64,000 nt of DNA from Schmidtea nova. Lineage: Eukaryota. How positions within the stretch are numbered: position 1 is the first letter of the stretch; every line of letters begins with the position of its first letter. The notes beneath the pieces were generated by a model. It worked only from the letters and a program-made list of their open reading frames with translations, ran no database searches and was not told where the DNA came from. Shown one piece after another: positions 42,682 through 55,090 of the stretch. The translations under genes and the position numbers were made by a program. The stretch lies in the NCBI GenBank assembly GCA_044892505.1, contig CM097882.1, forward strand, positions 399,528,001 to 399,592,000, in the 5' to 3' direction.

Positions 42682-44322
42682 CTACGAACACTCAGCGGAG
42701 GAACCCCAATCCAATCCAATACCAATCATGAAATCAAAGAGCTTGTGTAAAACTGATAAATTACATTCACTTTATGTATGATCCACGTACAATTAACAAT
42801 AATATGACTTTGTGCTTAAGTATAAAAACTTATCACCTTATGTGATTCTTTGTGTATATGTAAATTGACATTTATCTGTTTAATTTTTATGTATGATGAT
42901 ATAGGTGTAAATGTATAATTAATTGCGGGACGCAATTTTAGGGGTCCCCGAGTGATGTTGGGCCAGCCAAATAGAGGGAAAGTGAAATAAAAGTAGAATA
43001 ATTAAAACAAAAAGAGAAAAATAAGGTAAAAAAGGGGAATATTAATTTGTTAAAAGAAAAGAGTAATATAGTTAAAATATAGATAAATTAAGAACAAACT
43101 ATAAATAAAAATAAATGAATTTCTAGATATTAACGGGCCCAGGAGACATCTAAAAACAAATAAAATACAAATAATAATAATTAAAACCAAATAAAAGTAC
43201 TTGTTATTGAATAATTGTTTTTGAAACCCAGACCTCCGAGGAAGAATACAATCTAAAAAATAAAAATTAATTAGAATCAAAAATAATAATCAAACCCACC
43301 ATGAAACTGGCCGAACCTGATTGGTCGGTCTAGACACGACTGATCAGTATAAATACTGATCAGATTTTTCATAAAATCAGACTAAAATTTAGACTTTGTA
43401 AAAACTTAGACTTGTGTTCAGACAAAAAATTCACATTAGATTGTACATTGCTCCGACTGAGATCACTACTAAGTTGATATTAACCAGGCTGATTTTCAAT
43501 AGACGATCACCGTTTAGACCGATTTTAATCGAACAAATTTTCGGGATTCAATTTAGGTATTTTTGATATATTTACGTTTATTATTGATATTGTTGTATTC
43601 ATATGTCATCACATTAAAATATATTGATTATTTATCTCATTATGATTTATGTTTATATTTAAAATATATAATGATCATATTAATCTTGCGCCGTTGGGAG
43701 CTTTAGGTTCCCAAGGTGTCCGTCCGTGGCGTGGTGCTCGAGGGCTCCACACACGGTAAAGTAATGAATAACAAAATATGACTTTATTAGTAGTTGACGG
43801 GATTTGCACATGGGACACCCAACAAATCCGGGGAATTATTTTCCGATCATTTTAGCTACAGAGGAGGCGATTTTCGGATAAAGTCTAACGATGTAGGATA
43901 GGAAAGAATTTTTCGACTGTGAGGAGGCACAATTTTTCACCCTCACCACAGCACAGAGTGCTAAATAAACATCTAATAAACCTTAGAAAATTAGGTCGAC
44001 CGCATTTGATACGAAAGGGGCGTTTTCCGAGTAAGCTAGGAGATACATGATGTGAAAGAGTTTCCGTTTTAAGATACCAATGTTTCGATATCCACGCAGA
44101 CAAATCACCATTTTTCGACTATATTATCGGACAAGAACGGATAAATCTAAGCAGACACGAGAGTAAGGTACACCGTAACGAGCAACAGTTTTTTCTTGAT
44201 TTCAGTTAAGGTCTAAGGTGAAGGCAAATAATAAAGGCATCACGATGAGAGATAACATCTACTATAATTAATCATTGATTTAAATTGTTAACTATTATAA
44301 AATTCAGCGTCGTTCTAGTATC

Positions 44323-44769
44323 ATGACTAAACACAGATTCACCATCAAAAAGCGACGAGAACGAGCCCGAATTAGCCCATTAAAGCCGGCTCCATTTGAG
44401 ATTTTGCAACAAATCCATCAAAAAATGTGGGCATGGCGCTGAGAGCTTGAAACCGCATGTCCATTTACAGTATGGGACCATCCACGGCATCACGTATGGT
44501 ACCGGGGATGCGCTAGTTGGCCAATCATTCCAGACGAGGAATTCGAATCATGGCACGCCGCCTGGTTCGTTCTGATGTTAGATAAACGGGGATTCCCGAA
44601 CTGTGTGATTTATTGGGGGTTCATCCCAGCCTCTACATTCAAGGAATTGGGGTTCACTTTCCATACAGCCATACGACAGCAGGCCTCGTCCAACTCCACT
44701 GGAATCAGCTCTCATCTACAAATCAGATCGATATTTTCGTACCGAGGGAAAATGACCGAAGATGGATAG
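44323..44769 (+). pseudogene. LTR gene A, 3' LTR copy, inactivated
   Basis: CGA>TGA at 44440 and a 30-bp in-frame deletion relative to the 5' copy. Confidence 0.85.
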
Positions 44770-45105
44770 TTGAATCAATGGCCACCTGTTTTAAATTAAA
44801 TAAATGTTTTAGAGAAATCTGAAGTGTTTCATTTTGTTAATAGCGCTATAATGTAGATGAGAAATTTATTAACCTCTAGTGTTGTAGATGTTACAGTCAG
44901 TAGGACATTCTTTCACTAATGTAAAACAGTTGAATAAAATTTTTGAGCCTCCAATCTTTAAATAGAAAAATAATTTTTGTGTAAAGATTTAATACTTGAA
45001 CACAGTAGTATGCATTTTTGCTCCTAAATCGTAAATAGTCACTTAAATAAAATGACCTTGTTGATAGGTCCTCCAGCGAATTTATCATTATAATATTCAG
45101 ACATC

Positions 45106-45690
45106 ATGCCGACTTCAGAAAACTCTAAGAGAATCGTGGGACAAATCCAAGAGAGGCAGTTAAGGGACCAGCAGCGGCAGATCAAGCGACTCACGGTCGC
45201 CAATGATGAATTGAGAGCGAAGTGGTTCTCACCCGAACAAATGAAGGGCCAATCGCAAAAACTTGAGCGGCTGCAGGAAGCACTGGCCGCAACTAAATTG
45301 GAACTAGACGCCGTCCAGAGAGAACTGCGAAATTGCCTAAATGCAGTAACAAGAAGTTATATCGACTCCGAATTACGAGCGCTAATCCGGCCGATCACGG
45401 CTCAACGCTGGACGCAAAGTACTTATCAAGATGTCGCATGCGGGACGGAAGATGGTATCAGCATGGCCCCCACTCTCGTAACGGCCGATTTGCCTACTTT
45501 TCACAGTGATCCATCGAGAACAATGGCGTCAGCACCCGTCCTAAATCCACAGCTTCGAAAACACCGAATGGGATCGCGACAGCGTCGGCGTCGCCGAGAA
45601 TTTGCGAAGCGCCTGGATGAGCAAATCCACCACTTAAACTCCTTAACCGAAGCAGAGTTGATTCAGGAGATTAGTATGGAGTTCGCGTAG
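45106..45690 (+). CDS. LTR gene B, 3' LTR copy
   Basis: Identical protein to 19846-20430 except L>M near the C-terminus. Confidence 0.8.
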   Translation: MPTSENSKRIVGQIQERQLRDQQRQIKRLTVANDELRAKWFSPEQMKGQSQKLERLQEALAATKLELDAVQRELRNCLNAVTRSYIDSELRALIRPITAQRWTQSTYQDVACGTEDGISMAPTLVTADLPTFHSDPSRTMASAPVLNPQLRKHRMGSRQRRRRREFAKRLDEQIHHLNSLTEAELIQEISMEFA

Positions 45691-46344
45691 GAAAACATCA
45701 ATGTCAAATAACAACCTGTTTTTATTATTTTAATAAAAGTGTTTTTGTGTAAATTTTGTCTCTCATCGTGTGATTTCACTAAATAAAATAAGACAACACA
45801 AGTAATTCGTAGAAATAAAAAATCGCGTCGTAAAACCTACCCCGACCGTTACTTAGCAGCGAGAGTTTTCGTAGGCTCGTAGAACAGCGAAGGAGAGTGT
45901 CATTTGGAAAAGCGTGTGATGGATCCTAAGGATATGTAGTATAAGATTCAGTGGGCGAACATCCATAGAATGTAAATGCGTAAGACCTTCTATCGGCAGC
46001 AAGGACCCGAGGGAAGATAAATGGGGAGTAGTTTTGGCAACAAAGCTCACCTGCCCATCATTTTTCCACCACCGTATGCAGTACCAACTTGACTAGTAGG
46101 GAATAGTCAAGGGCATACGCGTGTAGTAGTCATGTTATGTATGGTTATGGGCGTGGAATCCCTGGTATACGTACTCATCAATAGTCGTTCAATTAATGAT
46201 TAACTATTTATTTGAATTACTTAAAACCCACCCATAATCCCAACAACAAAAAGAAAAACATTTTTATTTTTAAATCATTAAAAAAGGATAAATTAATCAT
46301 TTAAAAGTTTACTAAATCATAATTGACGATTCTTCATCAAAGCG

Positions 46345-46597
46345 TCAAGAATTTCGTTGCGGTTGTGGTAGCGAGAATTTTCTTGTAACCCTTGCTATTC
46401 CAAATTTCGATTCATTTTCTTCAAAACTTCTAAATTTAAAATAAATCAGATTAATGATAATTCTTAAATAATTATAAATACTAACTTTGCGATAGAATTG
46501 TCATTTGTGCTTCGTATGGGAAGAAATTCTGGTTTCTTTTGAATTATTCTCGGGGAGAGAGTCTGTGTCTGTTTCCACATCCCCCGACGATGCCAGC
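46345..46597 (-). CDS. Probable last two coding exons of an unidentified host gene (46597-46486, 46429-46345)
   Basis: A 56-nt GT-AG intron joins WHRRGMWKQ...NSIAK to SFEENESKFGIARVTRKFSLPQPQRNS-stop in frame, with minus-strand AATAAA at about 46263-46268. Further exon-like segments lie near 50170-50490. Confidence 0.4.
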
Positions 46598-46869
46598 CTG
46601 TTGGTTATCTAAACGTTAAATCGTGTTTTAATAGTATAATTCATATTATCTAAGTTACTCCTGATGATTTTTTGGAATTTTGTTTTTCCTTGAAGATGAA
46701 TATTAGTGATTTTAAACAAGGGAAAGTTATTGCGGTTTAATTTATAAATAAAATTTTCGTGTATACGAATGAAAATTAAGGTCTTAGAATTTAAATATAA
46801 ATTGAAAATTTATTGTAAAGAATTTTTATTTTATTATTTATCATTAGTTTCGATATTCGAAAATTTAAG

Positions 46870-47066
46870 GGTACATTAGTGTTTTGATGCTCAGAATGAT
46901 GTATTTGTATACAATAATAAATTTTTAGTTATGTAGAATGTTTATGTTGAATTTCCGATAAAATTTTGTTGAATACTTAAAGCTAAATCATGTAGGAAGG
47001 GACAAAATGGGCAATAAACCTTCTATCGGTAGCCCTTGGACCCAGGAGATATTCGGTCAATCATAG
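46870..47066 (-). repeat. Dispersed ~200-bp repeat, inverted copy of 6214-6410
   Basis: Reverse-complement match seen directly. Confidence 0.75.
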
Positions 47067-47269
47067 TTTCGTATTGATGACGCTCACTGATTGCGAATAC
47101 TCACCCACTTGTTATAGGACCAACGTTACATAGTGACGGGTAACAAGATGGTTATTTCAATGTTTTATGTGTTGAGTTGTTGATGCGAGCCATAGCAACG
47201 TCAAGGTCATATTGACGATCAACAACCCATCAATGACAAAAAAATATCAGTTGTGGAAATTAGCATGTT

Positions 47270-49900
47270 TGCAGAAGGAAAATTGCGATTTTATCTTGAG
47301 AATTCATAGAAATATAAAAGAAAACAATTCTGATCAAATTATGACAAATTAAGTCAAATCAGAATAAACTTTAATTCAAAAAAAAATTTTGAATTAAAAA
47401 TAAATTATTTAAAGTTTTATGAAAATTTTATGTAAAATTATTAATTTGATTTTGCGGAAAATTGTTGAAATTAATTTCGAGAAAATTAGAAACTCCTTCT
47501 AGAACAATTTGTTTTAATACCTCAATGAAAATAATATGCAGAAAATTGTATATATACCGCTATCAAAATTTCAGAAAGGAGAATTTGAGGAAACCTTCCT
47601 TTTAGTTTAATTTATTTTTGGAGAATTTGCAAAAATTTTGTTTTCAGTTTATTAGAATCTACGAAAAATTTATTCGAGAATTGGTAGAAAATTTCCAAAG
47701 AAGATTTGGAGATAAATTCAGAAAGTTTATCAAGAAGAATTTCACTGAAAAGGGACGCTGCAAATTAGTTTCAGCGTCCGGAAGCCGCATTACCTCGTGA
47801 GGATTTTTAATTTTATTATTATTATTATTTGTACTTTATCTGTATGGAAGGTTCCAAAAGTCATGCCCTTTGAACACCCATGCCTGATAACGTTCTTATC
47901 TAGTATGTTTTTATGTTTAAAATTTTCTCTATAAAGTTTAGGTATAACATTCTTTATTGTCTAAAATGGTAACTTTATATGAAAATATCAAATTTTATAT
48001 GAAAATTTTTTAATTTTTTTTATTATTGTTTTATTCTATTTAAACGCTGTCATAATTTACCATTACGAATGAAAGTTTTCATTATTTTAAATATCATATT
48101 TATTAAATAATACTTTTTTTCGACTCCCAGACAATCTGACATCAGTCCGGTCTCGTGCTGTACTGATGGAAGTAGCCTGGGGGGATCGTTGTTCGATTCG
48201 TAATTGACCAGCCCATTTTCCGCCTTAAGGTGACGCCTATACATCCATGTTCACTTCATCCCAACTGGGAAACAGTGGCTTGGCCAAGGGCAAGGATGTT
48301 TATATTAATGATTCGAACTATAATATGGTAACATATCTGAATTATATCACATAGCAAAAGTTATAACTCAATAAAATGTGTCGATACTTCATACAATATT
48401 AACTTTGATCCAATACAACTTATTAGTATGAAAACATTTAGCTCGTTATTCACCTTCGTCTTCGCAACAACTTTGCATCTCGTCAGAACTTACAAGCCAA
48501 ATGGATATTATGAAAATCGTAAAATCAAATGCTCATTGATCAATATAATCATTTAGATCAGGACCGAAGATGTGAATAATTATTGATTTATTAAAATCGA
48601 AACTCATAAAATTCGAAATTATAAAATTACAAAAAATTGTTCAAAATAACAGCTCAATAATTGATAGAAATGTTTCAAGAATATAAATAAAAATTTATTT
48701 CATCTATTTGAACTTCATTACATCGAAAATTTTTTATAAAAATTTATAGAGAATTTTATTATTTTTATAAAATATATGAAAATTTATTTAGGATTTTATT
48801 ATTTTGACGGTGAAAATCTTATCGAAAAATTTATATTATGATGCATTTGATTTATTTTAGAATTTAAATTTTAGTGTGTAAAAATTTATTTAGAATTTTA
48901 TTATTTCATTTAACGTAAAAAATTTATTTATAAATTATTATTATTTTTTAACTTGCGAAAAAATTAGAATCTGAATGTTTCTAAACTTGTATAGGAAAAT
49001 TAGAAGTAAACATTTTATCATAAAATAAATTCACAAAGTAGATTTAATTATTCATAAAACTGTATAAATATAAAAATTAAAATAAAATTTAATTATTCAT
49101 AAAATCTTATAAATATGTAAATTAAATTATTATTTCCTAGAATTATAAAAATCATTTTATATATTTAACCATCATTTTATAATTTACCCCTCTAAAAATA
49201 ATCCATTAAAACCTTCCTTGCAAACTACTTCATCCATGCCATTCAATAACATCATCCATATCTAATAGCACATACAAAAATTTATTATTCCATAATACAT
49301 ACACCACATCATTTCATTCAACAACATCCTCTAGCATCACACGCCCAGGAAACCCACACAAGATAGTCAGTTAACAACATCTGTCTGCATCATACATCCA
49401 AAATCTGTCCAAACATTCACATCGATATTTGAATTACCTATTTCATCCAAAAAATCTATTCAACATACAATCACATAAAATAATAACAATAGAGTATTCG
49501 TCTCAAACTTACAATAGAATATACATACACACAAACTTGAAATCACTATATACCATTCTTATACATAAACTCATTTGATTAGGACAGTCAAGCGTCCGCA
49601 TCACACACAATAATTTATACATCTATACAAGTCACTCCATCTCATCCCCCAATACCTCATATAGCACACACTGTAACCAGACATTTCACTTCAAACATCA
49701 TCCAAAGACTCTCATACATAAAGAAATTCGTCCATCAATGTCCTACCCTCAACCCTGCCCTTATCAGCTTGAGAAGTATACCCCACGAAACCCAGTTAAG
49801 ACAAACACGTATTAATATGTTTCTCAGTCATTCATTGAACTATAAGTTCCTGGTCGCAGTCACTTATTACAATAAAATTGTGATACCGATCGAAATAACT
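47270..49900 (+). repeat. Second copy of the ~2.5-kb dispersed repeat
   Basis: Collinear, diverged match to 15130-17640. Confidence 0.7.
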
Positions 49901-50584
49901 GTAACAAATAATTTGGTTTAACACCCCGATAAAATGGCATTAACACATAGAATTACTAGAAGTAAGTCTCCAGAATTATATTCCTTTTCGCGAAAACTTA
50001 TACTTGAAATGATAACGAAATTTTACTTAGAAAGAAAAAACTCGGATAAATGAAACATTTTTTTTAATTATTGTAAATTTAAAATTAAATTAATGAAATA
50101 TAATTATGATAACATCAAAAAGACTTAATACAAATTTTTTTTGCACAATAACTAAAGAATAATCCCTTACAGTGCTAGAAATCAGTGTCATATAATTCCA
50201 AAATGGAGAACTTCCATCAGAAGAGTTGAGATTTTTGTTGTAATCTAAAACAGAAACCTGAATAACTTTTTTTTAATTTAGATCTGCCTACTAGTCAGGT
50301 TGGTTGAATCGTCCCTCCGAGAGTTTTCCGACAAGATAAATCGATAATCGTGACAATGAATTTAGATTAATATTGAAAAAGGAAAAACCCAAATTAACTT
50401 ACCAATAGATTGATAAAATTGAGGGGAATCTGGCCTTCACAAATTAACTCATTTTGGATCGATAATTGTACTGTAAAGTTGAATTTCCTATAGAATAAAT
50501 TGACTAATCGTGGCCCTTTAAATTTTACATGATTAGTAGTAGGATGTGAGCCCGCCAGATATAGACCCCCCTAGAAATTTTTTT

Positions 50585-50867
50585 ATGTAGGTCAATTTAA
50601 GGACACTTTAAGGACACTTTAAAGTAAAAAAAGTAGGCCAATGACGATTTAAGGTCATTTTAAGGCGAATTTTAGGTCAAATGTATGATTTAAGGACACT
50701 TTGAAAACAAACAAATAGGCCAAGGTCGTTTTAAGGACACCATAAGGTCAAAAAAAGTAGGTCGATTTCAGGTCACGGTGAAGACAAATTAAGTAGGTCA
50801 TATATTTTTAAGGTGAATTTAAGGTTAAAATAAGTAGGTCAAATATAAATTGCAAAATTTTTCTATG
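50585..50867 (+). repeat. Degenerate short-period repeat (taaggacactt / taggtcaa); reverse-complement-like tract at ~53450-53540
   Basis: Recurrent aggtca, aggaca and aggcca units about every 11-12 nt, running into an assembly gap. Confidence 0.6.
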
Positions 50868-51758
50868 NNNNNNNNNNNNNNNNNNNNNNNNNNNNNNNNN
50901 NNNNNNNNNNNNNNNNNNNNNNNNNNNNNNNNNNNNNNNNNNNNNNNNNNNNNNNNNNNNNNNNNNNNNNNNNNNNNNNNNNNNNNNNNNNNNNNNNNNN
51001 NNNNNNNNNNNNNNNNNNNNNNNNNNNNNNNNNNNNNNNNNNNNNNNNNNNNNNNNNNNNNNNNNNNNNNNNNNNNNNNNNNNNNNNNNNNNNNNNNNNN
51101 NNNNNNNNNNNNNNNNNNNNNNNNNNNNNNNNNNNNNNNNNNNNNNNNNNNNNNNNNNNNNNNNNNNNNNNNNNNNNNNNNNNNNNNNNNNNNNNNNNNN
51201 NNNNNNNNNNNNNNNNNNNNNNNNNNNNNNNNNNNNNNNNNNNNNNNNNNNNNNNNNNNNNNNNNNNNNNNNNNNNNNNNNNNNNNNNNNNNNNNNNNNN
51301 NNNNNNNNNNNNNNNNNNNNNNNNNNNNNNNNNNNNNNNNNNNNNNNNNNNNNNNNNNNNNNNNNNNNNNNNNNNNNNNNNNNNNNNNNNNNNNNNNNNN
51401 NNNNNNNNNNNNNNNNNNNNNNNNNNNNNNNNNNNNNNNNNNNNNNNNNNNNNNNNNNNNNNNNNNNNNNNNNNNNNNNNNNNNNNNNNNNNNNNNNNNN
51501 NNNNNNNNNNNNNNNNNNNNNNNNNNNNNNNNNNNNNNNNNNNNNNNNNNNNNNNNNNNNNNNNNNNNNNNNNNNNNNNNNNNNNNNNNNNNNNNNNNNN
51601 NNNNNNNNNNNNNNNNNNNNNNNNNNNNNNNNNNNNNNNNNNNNNNNNNNNNNNNNNNNNNNNNNNNNNNNNNNNNNNNNNNNNNNNNNNNNNNNNNNNN
51701 NNNNNNNNNNNNNNNNNNNNNNNNNNNNNNNNNNNNNNNNNNNNNNNNNNNNNNNNNN
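50868..51758. other. Assembly gap (N run)
   Basis: 891 N bases. Confidence 1.
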
Positions 51759-51803
51759 ACCTTTGATCTTTTTTTATTATTATTATCAATAATTCTCATA
51801 ATG

Positions 51804-53211
51804 ACTATAGATCAAAATTTTTTTTTTATAAACAATAACACAATATTTCGGCACAGCCTTTATCAAGTGTGTATTTCTATCGTTATATTTACTTAATCCT
51901 AAATAGTAGCCTTAATTAATTTTTTAATATTTTATAATGATTTTATTGGATGAAAAAATTTATTTTATTTTAATTTTTTTGTGCGAATTGAATGTTGATG
52001 GACGGTTTGTATTTTTTTATGAAAAAAGTCTCGGAAGCTAATCTTTGTAATGAATTTTTGAATCCCTCTTGTAGGATCTGGCATTTTGTTTCTTCTATAG
52101 ATGGAGTTGTTTTATGTACTTTTTCCCAGTGTTCGTAATAATTACTGGTTTTGATTTTAGTATGTTCATTAAGTCGGGTGCGAAAAGTTCTATGTGTTTC
52201 TCCTATGTAAGTAGCGTCACATTTTTGACAAGAAAGTTTATATACTATATTTTTGGTAAAGCAAAAGCATCGGGTTGTGGAACGACAAAGACATTTATGT
52301 TTGGAGATGTTGGAAATTGGTGGCTTTCGGAGTTGTGATTTTAACGGTGCGGAGGTTATGAACGTTGGACGGATGTGGATAGGCAAATCTGTTTGATTAA
52401 AAATGTTGGTGATTTTGTTGGCTGTAGTGTCATTTAGGAAAGGTAATCTTAGATATGTTGTGTGTTTGTTATTGTTATTGTGTTTCTGGCGTTTTCTATT
52501 GTTGCGTTTATTGTGGTATGGTACGCCAGAAACACAATAACAATAACAAACACACAACATATCTAAGATTACCTTTCCTAAATGACACTACAGCCAACAA
52601 AATCACCAACATTTTTAATCAAACAGATTTGCCTATATACATCCGTCCAACGTTCATAACCTCCGCACCGTTAAAATCACAACTCCGAAAGCCACCAATT
52701 TCCAACATCTCCAAACATAAATGTCTTTGTCGTTCCACAACCCGATGCTTTTGCTTTACCAAAAATATAGTATATAAACTTTCTTGTCAAAAATGTGACG
52801 CTACTTACATAGGAGAAACACATAGAACTTTTCGCACCCGACTTAATGAACATACTAAAATCAAAACCAGTAATTATTACGAACACTGGGAAAAAGTACA
52901 TAAAACAACTCCATCTATAGAAGAAACAAAATGCCAGATCCTACAAGAGGGATTCAAAAATTCATTACAAAGATTAGCTTCCGAGACTTTTTTCATAAAA
53001 AAATACAAACCGTCCATCAACATTCAATTCGCACAAAAAAATTAAAATAAAATAAATTTTTTCATCCAATAAAATCATTATAAAATATTAAAAAATTAAT
53101 TAAGGCTACTATTTAGGATTAAGTAAATATAACGATAGAAATACACACTTGATAAAGGCTGTGCCGAAATATTGTGTTATTGTTTATAAAAAAAAAATTT
53201 TGATCTATAGT
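51804..53211. mobile_element. Penelope-like retroelement 3' fragment (GIY-YIG endonuclease) as a head-to-head inverted duplication
   Basis: KNIVYKLSCQKCDATYIGETHRTFRTRLNEH...ETFFIKKYKPSIN on both strands. Arms 51804-52492 and 52523-53211 flank a 30-nt spacer. Confidence 0.9.
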
Positions 53212-53343
53212 NNNNNNNNNNNNNNNNNNNNNNNNNNNNNNNNNNNNNNNNNNNNNNNNNNNNNNNNNNNNNNNNNNNNNNNNNNNNNNNNNNNNNNNNN
53301 NNNNNNNNNNNNNNNNNNNNNNNNNNNNNNNNNNNNNNNNNNN
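53212..53343. other. Assembly gap (N run)
   Basis: 132 N bases. Confidence 1.
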
Positions 53344-55090
53344 AAATTTTAGTATTCTAAATGATTTATTCAAAAAAGACGGAGAAATTGAGCGTGTATT
53401 AAAGTTTTGTGAAATTTTCAAAGTTTTCATATATTTTTAAGTTTTTGAAGATTTTGACCTTAAAAGGTTGGACTTTGACCCTAAGATGACCTTGGACTTA
53501 AGATGACCTTGACATTTGTCCTTAAAATGACCTTTAAAATCAAAAAATAAAATATAATGATTCATCGTGCGTGTAAAAGAATTATGGGGGTGTGTATAAA
53601 AATAATTTATGGGTGTGTGAAAAAAGTACCTCTGTGGGGTCACTCGATTTTTATTATCTATGACTCATCGATTACATAATTTCGTTTTTTCTGGAGTGCA
53701 AATATCTGTCTACTAGTTAAAAACTATTAAACTAAGTAATCTTGAGTTTAAGAGTACCTACTGAAGGATACCAACCGATGATTTTCACAAATTAACTGTA
53801 CTTATCATTAGTATGCTGAAGGTTACTGAGAAACGAATATTTACTAATTTCCAATTTAGTTTAATGTCAAGAGATATACCTTCATCAGTAAAGTGACTAA
53901 AATTGGCAAAGCACCTTCTGTCGGTTGCCCTTAAACCCACTCTCGACATTTGGTTAATTACAGTTTCGATTCATTTGACGCTCAATTTTTGCGTATGTCA
54001 TCTCATTTTTTCCAGTATCAACATTACACTGTAGAAAGAAACAAAATGGCTAAATAACGTTTTATGTGTTGAGTTGTCGATGTTTGAGCCATAGTAACAG
54101 TCAAGATAATAAAGACTAATTGCAGAATTTAATTACACATTAGGGAAAGATATTTACATATTTTCTGGGAGAATATTTCGATTTTGTAAAATAAAATTTA
54201 GAAAATAATTATGTATTTTATAAATCGAAGAATTTTTGTGAAAAGGGTAGAAATTTACAGCATACAGTTAGGTTTAATAAAACCAGAATCAATGCCTAAG
54301 TTTTGACATTTAGAGTGAAAACGACATTTCAAGTGGAATTTGTTATCAGTCGAAGATCACTATAAAAGCTGTTTGTTTCCAGTGAAATTTTTAGTTCATC
54401 GAAGCTAGTAGGAGATTAGAAGAAATCATATTAACAGTTCAGCGAAACAAATTAATGAGTAACTTATTCAGTAAGTAATAGTTCAGAAATAATAATTTCA
54501 AAATTATAACGTATACAAAGTAATTGACCACTTTAGTATACCTGGGTAGCCCCCACATTAAAAACTTCTTTACCTTCTGTATTTATTTTAAATTTACGGT
54601 GTCCTGTCATTAGAAGGCATCATGTTGCATGATGACAAGTGAAGAAATTGTTCAATTGATCACATTCTTGTATTTCTGTAATAAATTGTACATTAAAAAA
54701 TTGTAAAAAGAGAGACTGTTTTGATTTCATAATATCGTTAGATATTTAACGCAACCAAATAATCATATATTTTTTTTAAAAGTAATTTAGTAATTTGGAG
54801 TCAGATAAATAAATAAATAAATCGATAAATAAATACTAATTAAATAAATAATCTCTCAAAAAATTACTTGTGTTATCTTCAATCTATTTCCCGTTGAACA
54901 TAACAATAATTTAATTTTCAATAAAATTGTCAAATTTAATTTTTGGAAAAATCGAAAGATTTGACCTAGAAATTCTGTTTAAATGCATCAAAGAAAATTA
55001 CCAGCAAGAGTTGATACGGGAGAACCAGGTTGAGGCTAGATAGTTTGCGACAGTGGGTGCTGTGATATTGGGTATAGGGACTGCTTCAAA

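Larger units (their letters stand above)
17667..46245 (+). mobile_element. Giant (28,579 bp) full-length Ty3/Gypsy LTR retroelement / endogenous virus-like element, Burro-like
   Basis: Paired 3.3-kb LTRs, 7-bp terminal inverted repeats TGTTGGG/CCCAACA, 4-bp TSD ACAA (17663-17666, 46246-46249), PBS, and PR-RT-RH-IN domain order. Confidence 0.97.
42956..46245 (+). repeat. 3' LTR (3290 bp)
   Basis: TGTTGGG at 42956, CCCAACA ending at 46245, followed by TSD ACAA. Confidence 0.97.

Noticed and set aside
17667-46245. The 3.3-kb direct repeats as an assembly duplication
   Set aside because: They differ by substitutions and indels and have proper termini, PBS and TSD.
15130-49900. The two ~2.5-kb repeats as LTRs of an even larger enclosing element
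   Set aside because: They are much more diverged, I see no TG...CA ends, PBS or TSD, and fragments occur elsewhere (near 14300-14550 and 54900-55010), which fits a dispersed repeat.
52455-52560. Cys-rich N-termini (MLCVCYCYC) of the two 196-aa ORFs
   Set aside because: Produced by reading through the opposite arm of the palindrome; not part of the Penelope protein.
50825-53430. Long ORFs made of X residues in the ORF track
   Set aside because: Artefacts of translating N gaps.
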